Below are positions 29,553 through 37,686 of a stretch of 64,000 bases of DNA, piece by piece. Numbering within the stretch: position 1 is the first letter of the stretch; each line of letters opens with the position of its first letter. Where the stretch lies: the IMG/VR virus record IMGVR_UViG_3300042197_002147, positions 64,001-128,000 of that record. One strand, given 5' to 3'. The notes under the pieces were generated by a model. It saw only the letters and a program-made list of their open reading frames with translations, did not search any database and was not told the DNA's origin. Made by a program: the position numbers and the translations under genes. This stretch comes from a virus.

Positions 29553-31031
29553 ATGTCTTTTTATACTAGTGTATTTTCTTATGGTAACAAAATTCTTTAC
29601 AGAGAACGAAACGAAAAGGGTTCTGTAAAGGATGAAATTTATTTCAAACCATGTCTTTATGTAAATACTGACAAAGAAACAAAGTATAAAAGCATTTATG
29701 GTAAAAGTCTTGAGCGAGTAGAATTTGAAAGCAAAGACGATTACATGAAATTTATAGAAAGATACTCCGATGTGTCTGGCTTTGAAATACATGGTGAGAT
29801 GCAGGCGGAGTATCAATTTATCAGAAACAAGTATGGAGACATAAAACCAAATTTTGATCTTCTTGATATTGCTTATATTGATATCGAAACTACTTGTGAT
29901 GTTGGTTTTCCAAAGATAAACCAACCTGAAGAAAAAATACTTGCAATTACCATCAGTAGAAAGAATGAAGAACCTGTTGTTTTTTGTCTTGGTGATTATA
30001 TTGCAAAAAATAACGAAACAGTATTTACATTTGATAATGAAGATAATCTTCTGTATAAGTTTTTAGAGCACTATTCAACAAGATGCCCAGATATCATCAG
30101 TGGATGGAATGTTAGATTTTTTGATATTCCTTATCTTTATAACAGAATGAGAATGCTTTTGGGGGAAAAAATTGCGAAGAAACTTTCGCCTTGGAACATT
30201 ATCAAGGAAAAGAAGGTTCTTCGGAAGAAAACAGGTCAGGAAGAAACTGTGTTTGAAATTGTTGGTGTTGCTACTTTGGACTATATGGAACTTTATCAAA
30301 CATTTACATATGTCAATAGAGAATCATATAGTTTAAATTACATTTCATACATAGAATTGGGGGAGAAAAAACTTGATTATACTGAATACGAGAGCATTCA
30401 AGAATTTTATCAAAAGAACTTCCAAAAGTTTATTGAATATAACATCAAAGATGTCAAATTGGTTGAACAGCTTGACGATAAGCTCCAACTGATGAAGTTG
30501 GCAGTTTCTCTTGCCTATTCTGCCGGAGTGAATTTTAATGATGTATTTTCTCAAGTAAAAACTTGGGATGTTATTATTTACAATTATCTGGCAAAAAGAA
30601 ACATTATCATTCCTTCCAAAAAGAAATCAAGAAAAGACGAACAATACATTGGTGCATATGTAAAGGAACCAATAGTTGGTATGCATAAGTGGGTTGTTTC
30701 TTTCGATCTTAATAGTCTTTATCCACATCTGATTATGCAATATAACATTTCTCCAGAAACACTTACGGCAGATGGTATGCGTGGGACAGTTTCGCCAGAT
30801 GGAGTTTTGAAAAATGGTTTAGTATCAAATGGTTATTTGAAGGAAAACAAAGAAAAAGATTTATCAACTGCCGCAAATGGTACGACATATGTAAAGAATC
30901 GCCGCGGATTTTTGCCAGATTTGATGAATGAAATGTACAAAGATCGTAAAATGTACAAATCAAAAATGATTGAGGCAGAAAAACAACTTGAGGCAGTTAA
31001 TAATGAGTTAAAGCAAAGAGGTATTGGTTGA
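29553..31031 (+). CDS. gp43A: Family B DNA polymerase, N-terminal half (gp43A: exonuclease + palm motif A + first finger helix)
   Basis: YIDIET (ExoI), GWNVRFFDIPY (ExoII), YNIKDV (ExoIII), SFDLNSLYPH (motif A); ends after RKMYKSKM with a true stop. Confidence 0.93.
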   Translation: MSFYTSVFSYGNKILYRERNEKGSVKDEIYFKPCLYVNTDKETKYKSIYGKSLERVEFESKDDYMKFIERYSDVSGFEIHGEMQAEYQFIRNKYGDIKPNFDLLDIAYIDIETTCDVGFPKINQPEEKILAITISRKNEEPVVFCLGDYIAKNNETVFTFDNEDNLLYKFLEHYSTRCPDIISGWNVRFFDIPYLYNRMRMLLGEKIAKKLSPWNIIKEKKVLRKKTGQEETVFEIVGVATLDYMELYQTFTYVNRESYSLNYISYIELGEKKLDYTEYESIQEFYQKNFQKFIEYNIKDVKLVEQLDDKLQLMKLAVSLAYSAGVNFNDVFSQVKTWDVIIYNYLAKRNIIIPSKKKSRKDEQYIGAYVKEPIVGMHKWVVSFDLNSLYPHLIMQYNISPETLTADGMRGTVSPDGVLKNGLVSNGYLKENKEKDLSTAANGTTYVKNRRGFLPDLMNEMYKDRKMYKSKMIEAEKQLEAVNNELKQRGIG

Positions 31032-31056
31032 CATAAATAAAATGTCGTGATATACT
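31028..31056 (+). promoter_or_regulatory. Sigma70-type promoter for the SPOUT methylase/tRNA operon (leaderless)
   Basis: TTGACA(31028-33)-17 bp-TATACT(31051-56) with TG extension; ATG at 31064. Confidence 0.85.
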
Positions 31057-31063
31057 TCTCTTT

Positions 31064-31615
31064 ATGGAAACGAGAAACATCATTGACCATTACCATTATT
31101 GGAACCATGATGCAATACTTGCCGATCTGGATACGAAAAGAAATAATTTTACTGTCTGCTGTTGTAATGTTGGAAACGACTTTAATATTGCAACAATTAT
31201 TCGGAACGCAAATGCCTTTCTTTCTAAAGAAGTTTGGATTTATGGCCGAAAGCAATATGACAGGCGCGGAACAGTAGGAACACACCTTTACACTAAGTTT
31301 AGGCATGTAAAGGAAATTGAAAGTCTCACTAATCAAATTGAAAATCTAAAGCAGACTTATAACTGCGTTAAAGTAATAGGAGTAGATAATGTTACTGATG
31401 GAACAAGAATTTGCTTGCCAATTGACTACTACACTTGGGATTCTGAGTGTCACCATCTCATAATTTTTGGTCAAGAACAAATTGGAATTCCAAAAGAAGT
31501 TCTTGACATTTGCGATGATGTTGTCTATATTAGACAACTCGGTTCGGTAAGAAGTTTGAATGTTGGTACTGCAAGTGGAATTGTGATGTACGATTATTGT
31601 AGTAAAGTTCTTTGA
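31064..31615 (+). CDS. SpoU/TrmH/TrmL-family (SPOUT) RNA 2'-O-methyltransferase
   Basis: NIATIIRNANAF, IIFGQEQIGI, VRSLNVGTASGIVMY knot motifs; single-domain size. Confidence 0.9.
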   Translation: METRNIIDHYHYWNHDAILADLDTKRNNFTVCCCNVGNDFNIATIIRNANAFLSKEVWIYGRKQYDRRGTVGTHLYTKFRHVKEIESLTNQIENLKQTYNCVKVIGVDNVTDGTRICLPIDYYTWDSECHHLIIFGQEQIGIPKEVLDICDDVVYIRQLGSVRSLNVGTASGIVMYDYCSKVL

Positions 31616-31622
31616 TATTTTG

Positions 31623-31705
31623 GCCTCGGTGGCGGAACAGGCAGACGCAATAGATTCAAAATCTGTCGTCCTATGGACATGAGGGTTCGATTCCCTCCTG
31701 AGGCA
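31623..31705 (+). tRNA. tRNA-Leu(CAA)
   Basis: Acceptor GCCTCGG/CTGAGGC, anticodon arm ATAGA-TTCAAAA-TCTGT, long variable arm, GGTTCGATTCC; no encoded CCA. Confidence 0.92.
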
Positions 31706-31706
31706 C

Positions 31707-31777
31707 TGCCTTGTGGTGAAATGGTATCACAGGAGACTTTGAATCTCTTTTTCTTGGTTCGAGTCCAAGCGAGGCAA
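31707..31777 (+). tRNA. tRNA-Gln(TTG)
   Basis: TGCCTTG/CGAGGCA acceptor, GGAGA-CTTTGAA-TCTCT, CTTGG-TTCGAGT-CCAAG. Confidence 0.92.
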
Positions 31778-31781
31778 TTTT

Positions 31782-31855
31782 GGCGCGGTAGACCAATCGG
31801 CAGAGTCGATAGACTTAAAATCTGTGTAGTGTGGGTTCGAGTCCCACCCGCGCTA
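31782..31855 (+). tRNA. tRNA-Leu(TAA) with short variable loop
   Basis: GGCGCGG/CCGCGCT acceptor, ATAGA-CTTAAAA-TCTGT, 5 nt variable loop, GTGGG-TTCGAGT-CCCAC. Confidence 0.85.
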
Positions 31856-31862
31856 TTTAAAT

Positions 31863-32007
31863 GTACGGTGTCTGTTAAGCAGACTAGGACAATCGGCTGG
31901 CCAGCGGTTTGTCTGAAAAAACAGAGTTTGAGGTCCAATAAACGGGTAAGCGAGGGTCGTAGACCTCACCTCATACGGTTGAATGGATGCAAGTTCCTCG
32001 CCGTACT
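31863..32007 (+). ncRNA. Putative ~145 nt tRNA-like structured RNA
   Basis: Ends pair (GTACGGTG/CGCCGTAC); T-arm-like GGA-TGCAAGT-TCC; internal hairpins GTCTG/CAGAC and GAGGGTC/GACCTC; lies between tRNAs. Confidence 0.55.
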
Positions 32008-32014
32008 AAATATT

Positions 32015-32086
32015 GCGGATGTAACTCAATGGTAGAGTGCTAGCCTTCCAAGCTTGCTGTTGAGGGTTCGAGTCCCTTCATCCGCT
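32015..32086 (+). tRNA. tRNA-Gly(TCC)
   Basis: GCGGATG/CATCCGC acceptor, CTTCCAA anticodon loop, GAGGG-TTCGAGT-CCCTT. Confidence 0.93.
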
Positions 32087-32108
32087 TTGAAGTAATAGGA
32101 TAATTGAT

Positions 32109-32906
32109 ATGAATAAAGATAAAACTATAATTAGATGGATGTTAGAAGAAAATCCCGAAGGAAAATGTCCTTATATTGTATCTTTACCGGGAAAAAAAAG
32201 AGAATGGATGGATGTCAACAATGGTCATGCATATCGTTGCTTGCCTTTAAGTGTTGCAAATAGTTTTGGTTGGGAAATTTTAAATCCAATATCTTTTAGC
32301 GCAACATGGAATGGAAATATTGGAAATCAAAATGCCATTAAATTTGATTTCTGTGTAGAAAGTGAAGAAGATAATACCTTCATCAAAAAAAATAATATAA
32401 GTTCACACTTCGGAAATGGTATAATAACATTTTCGTATCTTGGATTTATTTTTAGAACATCCGAGGGGCACAACCTATTTGTAAAAGGTCCAACAAATCA
32501 TTTTAAGCATGGCGCGCAAGCACTTGAGGCAATAGTTGAAACTGATTGGCTTCCTTATACATTTACATTGAATTGGAAACTGACAAAACCCAACGAAACT
32601 GTCCAGTTTTTTAAGGGAGAACCACTGGCTACAATTTTTCCAATTCCAAGATATTATCTTGAATCATTCGATGCAGTAGATCAAAGAGAAGATCCAAACT
32701 CTGATTTTGCAAAAGAACATAGAAGTTGGGCAAAAAAGAGAGAAGAAATTAAGTATAGTGAAAACTCTAATCATTCCCTATATACTAAGGGTATTCAGAG
32801 TATGGATTCAAAGAAAAAATTTGAAAACCATCAAAGATCAATAAATGCGTGTCCCTTCCATAGAAAGGAAATAGATAATGGAACAATTTCAAGCGAAAAC
32901 AATTAA
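32109..32906 (+). CDS. DUF6065-like protein
   Basis: REWMD...AYRCLPL.VAN..GW, SHFGNG, KGPTN, VETDWLPYTFTLNW motifs. Confidence 0.75.
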   Translation: MNKDKTIIRWMLEENPEGKCPYIVSLPGKKREWMDVNNGHAYRCLPLSVANSFGWEILNPISFSATWNGNIGNQNAIKFDFCVESEEDNTFIKKNNISSHFGNGIITFSYLGFIFRTSEGHNLFVKGPTNHFKHGAQALEAIVETDWLPYTFTLNWKLTKPNETVQFFKGEPLATIFPIPRYYLESFDAVDQREDPNSDFAKEHRSWAKKREEIKYSENSNHSLYTKGIQSMDSKKKFENHQRSINACPFHRKEIDNGTISSENN

Positions 32907-33447
32907 TGGATTTTTAAGTAAGAGTGAATGTGAAACACTATTAAATTATGCAAAAACCACAGATATGTGGAAACCGATTCCAAATGATTTTTGGGACAAA
33001 AGAACTATAAATTATAGAGATTTGCCAAAAAACATTAAAGAGTTGTGTGAAAAAATTATTTTAAGACTACAAACAACACTTCACAGTGAATATAATTTGG
33101 AAGAAAAAATATATCCAGATACTATAGATGTTGTTCGTTGGTTTGATGGAATGAAACAAACTCCACACTGTGATGATATGTCTGATAATGAAGAACAGCA
33201 TAAGAGATTTGGTGAAAGATATTTTGGTTGTGTAATTTATTTAAACGACGATTATCAGGGTGGTAAAACATACTACCCGGAACACAATTTCGAAATAACA
33301 CCAAAAGCAGGAACAGTTGCAATGCATTTAGGCGATTGCAATCACAGACACGGTGTTACCGAACTAAAAGGAAATACTAGATATACTATTGCCAGTTTTT
33401 GGGGTTTCAACAAAAACAAAGCTTTACCGGATATTGAATATGTCTAG
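32878..33447 (+). CDS. 2OG-Fe(II) oxygenase (prolyl-4-hydroxylase-like)
   Basis: PHCDD (HxD), IYLNDDYQGG, HGV...G.RYT. Confidence 0.88.
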   Translation: MEQFQAKTINGFLSKSECETLLNYAKTTDMWKPIPNDFWDKRTINYRDLPKNIKELCEKIILRLQTTLHSEYNLEEKIYPDTIDVVRWFDGMKQTPHCDDMSDNEEQHKRFGERYFGCVIYLNDDYQGGKTYYPEHNFEITPKAGTVAMHLGDCNHRHGVTELKGNTRYTIASFWGFNKNKALPDIEYV

Positions 33448-33568
33448 AGAACATTCTGCTGGAAAAGGTGATTCTTATCGTAAAGTAGATAAAAAACAAT
33501 ACGATAAAAATTACGAAGCAATATTTGCCAAAACAAAAATAAAAACTTCAAAAAGGAAGAATAAGTAA
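33440..33568 (+). CDS. Small phage protein (42 aa, not in ORF track)
   Basis: MSREHSAGKGDSYRKVDKKQYDKNYEAIF...; GKGD..R.VD...Y..NY..IF pattern recalled from small phage proteins. Confidence 0.6.
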   Translation: MSREHSAGKGDSYRKVDKKQYDKNYEAIFAKTKIKTSKRKNK

Positions 33569-33576
33569 TTAATTGT

Positions 33577-33649
33577 TCCTCTGTAGCTCAGTTGGTAGAG
33601 CAGAGAGCTGTTAACTCTCGGGTCACTGGTTCGAATCCAGTCGGAGGAG
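33577..33649 (+). tRNA. tRNA-Asn(GTT)
   Basis: TCCTCTG/CGGAGGA acceptor, GAGAG-CTGTTAA-CTCTC, GGTTCGAATCC. Confidence 0.95.
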
Positions 33650-33654
33650 TTTGT

Positions 33655-33988
<334 letters not shown>

Positions 33989-33991
33989 TTT

Positions 33992-34684
33992 ATGAAAAAC
34001 AATTTGTTTGTGGATAAAGAATGGGAATTTTTGTTAATTGATAATATTTGTAAAACAATTAGACAAAAATTTACAACAAAAAATGTTGGCATTTTGCAAC
34101 TAAGTTATGAGTACTCTGGATTAATGGCTCAATTGGTTGCACACAAGTTGTCAACAAAAAATGAACCACTAGATATAGAACCAATTAATATTCCATACAC
34201 AAATGAGTTTGATGTAGTGATACATCCAAATCATTTAGATCCTTATGAAAATTTAATAGTATTGGATTCGGGGTGTCTTTCTGGTAATAATTTTAAAAAA
34301 GTAGAAAAAATATTATTAGATTATGGTTTTAGTAGAAATAATTTATTTTTTACTTGCGTTGCGAGTGATTTAAATTCAATATTTGTTCCAGATTATTGTC
34401 CTTTGTGGTTTAATGGAACAAAAGACATGATTCATTTTTGGTGGGAAACAAAAACAAATAAATTTGAAAGGAATAAAATGCAAAACTACACGCCTGGTCA
34501 GGGATATAAAGATGGTTACAGAGATCGTGAAGAAGGAAAAGCAAATATGGCTGCCGTCGGTCGTGTGACAGAAAACCATGTTTATTGGGATGAATATAAT
34601 CTCGGATGGTCTGAGGCGGATAGAAGAATTATTGACGAAGCAAGAAATAACACTAGCACCGGCAAGAAATTTTTGGTAGACTAA
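33992..34684 (+). CDS. Phosphoribosyltransferase-like protein with an appended C-terminal small domain
   Basis: LIVLDSGCLSGN resembles the PRPP-binding loop; internal RBS+ATG at 34478. Confidence 0.55.
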   Translation: MKNNLFVDKEWEFLLIDNICKTIRQKFTTKNVGILQLSYEYSGLMAQLVAHKLSTKNEPLDIEPINIPYTNEFDVVIHPNHLDPYENLIVLDSGCLSGNNFKKVEKILLDYGFSRNNLFFTCVASDLNSIFVPDYCPLWFNGTKDMIHFWWETKTNKFERNKMQNYTPGQGYKDGYRDREEGKANMAAVGRVTENHVYWDEYNLGWSEADRRIIDEARNNTSTGKKFLVD

Positions 34685-34688
34685 GTAC

Positions 34689-35285
34689 ATGATTTGGTTT
34701 ACAAGCGACACACACTTCAGTCACAACAATATTCTTCACTATACAAACAGAGAACAATATTTTAAAAATGTGAACGAGATGAATAAGGCGCTTATTCACA
34801 ATATAAATGATTGTGTTTCCAAAAAAGACACACTATATCATTTGGGTGATATTTCTTTAGGTAAGGGAAAACACTGGACATCCAGTATTAATAATATTTT
34901 TTCTAACATAAAGTGTGAAAATGTTCACATTGTGCTTGGAAATCATGATCCTTCGATTCGTTCAGATCATGTTAATAATAAGAATTTTAAGTCAATACAA
35001 CACTATCTTGAAATAAATATTGGTGGTTATGTGGCAAAGGCACTTAAAAAATTCAATGTATGCATGTATCACTACCCGATGACTACATGGAACAAAAAAT
35101 GTCCGATACATCTTCATGGACATTGCCATGGAAAATTGGGTTTTGTTACTTCCCCGTATAAAGAGGGTTATATTCGTTATGATGTTGGTGTTGATTCTGA
35201 GGGCCTAAATTATAGACCAATTTCAATAGTTCAACTGATGAGTCACTATACAAGTCAAATACCAAAGGATAACGAAAATGTTTGA
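34689..35285 (+). CDS. Calcineurin-like metallophosphoesterase
   Basis: FTSDTHF, HLGD, GNHD, HYP, HLHGHCH, DVGVD. Confidence 0.92.
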   Translation: MIWFTSDTHFSHNNILHYTNREQYFKNVNEMNKALIHNINDCVSKKDTLYHLGDISLGKGKHWTSSINNIFSNIKCENVHIVLGNHDPSIRSDHVNNKNFKSIQHYLEINIGGYVAKALKKFNVCMYHYPMTTWNKKCPIHLHGHCHGKLGFVTSPYKEGYIRYDVGVDSEGLNYRPISIVQLMSHYTSQIPKDNENV

Positions 35286-35481
35286 AACTGCACAAATTAT
35301 TCTAACATCTGCTGTTTGTTATGGAATTTATAAAATAGCTTATGAAAGAGGTTATGATGCAGGACATCATATTGGTTTTACTGCCGGATTATGGAAAAGT
35401 TCTGAGAGAAAAAATATTCAAAAACAAATAGTAAGACCATCAATAAGAAAAGTAGAAAAACAATATAGTTTGGTTGACTAA
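35278..35481 (+). CDS. Small membrane-anchored hypothetical protein
   Basis: 67 aa; hydrophobic N-term followed by AYERGYDAG. Confidence 0.55.
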   Translation: MFETAQIILTSAVCYGIYKIAYERGYDAGHHIGFTAGLWKSSERKNIQKQIVRPSIRKVEKQYSLVD

Positions 35482-35502
35482 TATATTTGTTTGTGTTAAA
35501 AT
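35474..35502 (+). promoter_or_regulatory. Sigma70-type promoter for gp43B (leaderless)
   Basis: TTGACT(35474-79)-17 bp-TAAAAT(35497-502) with TG extension; ATG at 35509. Confidence 0.75.
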
Positions 35503-35508
35503 ACATTT

Positions 35509-36624
35509 ATGAACTTGCGTGAACTAACAGACAAACAACTGTTGGATCTTAAGCGTAAACTGGAATATGATATCTCGGAATATCACAACTTTCAGTTGGT
35601 TAAAAAGATTCAATTAAATTCTGCATATGGTGCAATTGGTAATGAATTTTTTCGTTACTATAGCACAGAGATTGCAGAGGCAATTACCCTGTCGGGACAG
35701 CTTTCGATTCAGTTTATTATGAACGAATTGAATGCTTTTGTTAACAAAACTCTAGAAACAAAGGACATTGATTATGTCATTGCATCAGATACTGATTCTG
35801 TTTATCTCAATTTATCTGGGTTCGTTGATAAGTTCATCTCTAAGCAAAAGTCAACACAAGATGTTGTTGCCTTACTCGACTACCTCTGCGAGAATGTCAT
35901 TTCTCCTTTCATTAAGAAAAGGTATGATGAACTTGCTCAAAAGATGAATGCATATGAAAATAAAATGGCAATGGGTCGTGAAGTTATTGCCGACAAGGGA
36001 ATCTGGACTGCCAAGAAGCGTTATATGTTAAATGTGTGGGACAGCGAAGGTGTTCGTTATACTAAACCAAAACTCAAAATTAAGGGTATTGAAACCACAC
36101 GAAGTTCTACGCCAGAAATAATTCGAGAACATCTCAAAACCGCAATTGATATTATTCTAAACAAAGATGAGGATGCTCTAATAGAATTTACTGATAAGGT
36201 TAAATTGGAGTTTTTCTCTCAACCAGTAGAAAAAATTGCATTCCCACGAAGCGTAAATGGATTGGATAAGTATAAAGACAATTATTATATCTACAAGAAG
36301 TCAACTCCAATTCATGTGAAAGCGGCATTAATTTATAACTTTCACATAAAAAAGAATGGATTGGAAAAGAAATACAAACTAATCAATGAAGGTGATAAAA
36401 TCAAATACTTTCATTTGAAGAAACCAAATCCATTTGGTGGTGTTAAGGGCGAAGATCATGTTGTTGCATTTTCTACTTCTATGCCAAAGGAGTTTAATTT
36501 AGAAGCATATGTAGATTACGCAACACAATTTGAAAAATCATTTCTTGATCCACTTTCAAATATACTAAATGTAATTGGTTGGAATTACGAAAAGAAAAAT
36601 ACACTTGAGAGCTTATTTTCATAA
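35509..36624 (+). CDS. gp43B: Family B DNA polymerase, C-terminal half (gp43B)
   Basis: KKIQLNSAYGAIGN (motif B), ASDTDS (motif C), AKKRY, KIKGIE, C-terminal clamp-binding TLESLF. Confidence 0.94.
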   Translation: MNLRELTDKQLLDLKRKLEYDISEYHNFQLVKKIQLNSAYGAIGNEFFRYYSTEIAEAITLSGQLSIQFIMNELNAFVNKTLETKDIDYVIASDTDSVYLNLSGFVDKFISKQKSTQDVVALLDYLCENVISPFIKKRYDELAQKMNAYENKMAMGREVIADKGIWTAKKRYMLNVWDSEGVRYTKPKLKIKGIETTRSSTPEIIREHLKTAIDIILNKDEDALIEFTDKVKLEFFSQPVEKIAFPRSVNGLDKYKDNYYIYKKSTPIHVKAALIYNFHIKKNGLEKKYKLINEGDKIKYFHLKKPNPFGGVKGEDHVVAFSTSMPKEFNLEAYVDYATQFEKSFLDPLSNILNVIGWNYEKKNTLESLFS

Positions 36625-36633
36625 GGAGAAATT

Positions 36634-37686
36634 ATGAGCGATTTTCTAAAAACATTTATTAAAGAGTCTGGTAATCAATTTGCATCTTTGGTCGATGACG
36701 GACTAGAGGGAAGTGATGTTAAGTCTTATGTTGACACAGGGTGCTATATTCTAAATGGTCTTGTTTCTGGCGATATCTTTAAAGGATTTCCAGACAACAA
36801 AATCATTGCACTTGCAGGAGAACAGGCAACTGGTAAGACATATATCACAATGGGAATGATTTCTAAGTTTTTGAATGACAATCCAGAAGCAGTAGTTCTG
36901 TATTTTGATTCTGAACAAGCAGTTACCTCCGATATGTTCCGGTCGCGTGGAATTGATCCTAAGCGAGTTGCTGTCTTTCCAGTATCGACTGTTGAGGAAT
37001 TCCGTCGTCAAGCAATTACAATTGTTGACAAGTATCTTGAGATGCCAGTAGAGAAGAGAAAAAAGACAATGATGGTTCTTGATTCTCTTGGAATGTTGTC
37101 TACCTCGAAAGAAATGAATGACACTGCCGAAGGTAAAGAAGTTCGTGATATGACCCGAGCACAAGTTATCAAGTCAACTTTCCGTGTTCTCACTGTAAAG
37201 CTTGGAGTTGCACACATTCCGATGATTTTCACAAATCATACCTATGATGTTGTTGGTGCTTATGTTCCTACTAAGGAGATGGGTGGTGGTGCTGGTCTGA
37301 AGTATGCTGCATCAATTATCGTTTATCTTTCAAAGAAAAAGGATAAGAATGCAGATGGTGAGGTAGTTGGTAATATCATTCATTGCCGTCTAAACAAAGG
37401 AAGATTTACCAAAGAGAATAAGATGGTTGATGTTCGCTTGAACTATGAAACAGGTCTTGATCCTTACTATGGACTTATTGACTTGGCAGTTGAGCATGGT
37501 ATACTTAGCAAAACCGCAGGAAGAGTTGAACTTCCAAATGGTAGCAAAATTTTTGAGAAGCAGATGTATGAAACACCTGAAAAATATTTTACAGAGGAAC
37601 TTCTTAACAAGATTAATGAGGCAGCAGTTAAAGAATTCTGTTACGGTACATCCGAGACTGAAGAAGATAATAAGGATAATGAATGA
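36634..37686 (+). CDS. uvsX: RecA-like recombinase UvsX
   Basis: GEQATGKT, FDSE, LDSLGML, DMTRA, NHTY, MGGG. Confidence 0.95.
   Translation: MSDFLKTFIKESGNQFASLVDDGLEGSDVKSYVDTGCYILNGLVSGDIFKGFPDNKIIALAGEQATGKTYITMGMISKFLNDNPEAVVLYFDSEQAVTSDMFRSRGIDPKRVAVFPVSTVEEFRRQAITIVDKYLEMPVEKRKKTMMVLDSLGMLSTSKEMNDTAEGKEVRDMTRAQVIKSTFRVLTVKLGVAHIPMIFTNHTYDVVGAYVPTKEMGGGAGLKYAASIIVYLSKKKDKNADGEVVGNIIHCRLNKGRFTKENKMVDVRLNYETGLDPYYGLIDLAVEHGILSKTAGRVELPNGSKIFEKQMYETPEKYFTEELLNKINEAAVKEFCYGTSETEEDNKDNE

Noticed and set aside
31863-32007. tmRNA or tRNA-Sec
   Set aside because: Too short for tmRNA, with no GGGG 5' end, G3-U70 pair or tag ORF; no UCA anticodon
31594-32035. ORF-track ORFs 31594-31938(-) and 31673-32035(+)
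   Set aside because: They overlap clear tRNA genes and are artefacts of GC-rich structured RNA
33592-33654. 5' extension of ORF 33592-33924
   Set aside because: The extension lies inside tRNA-Asn; the plausible start is ATG 33655
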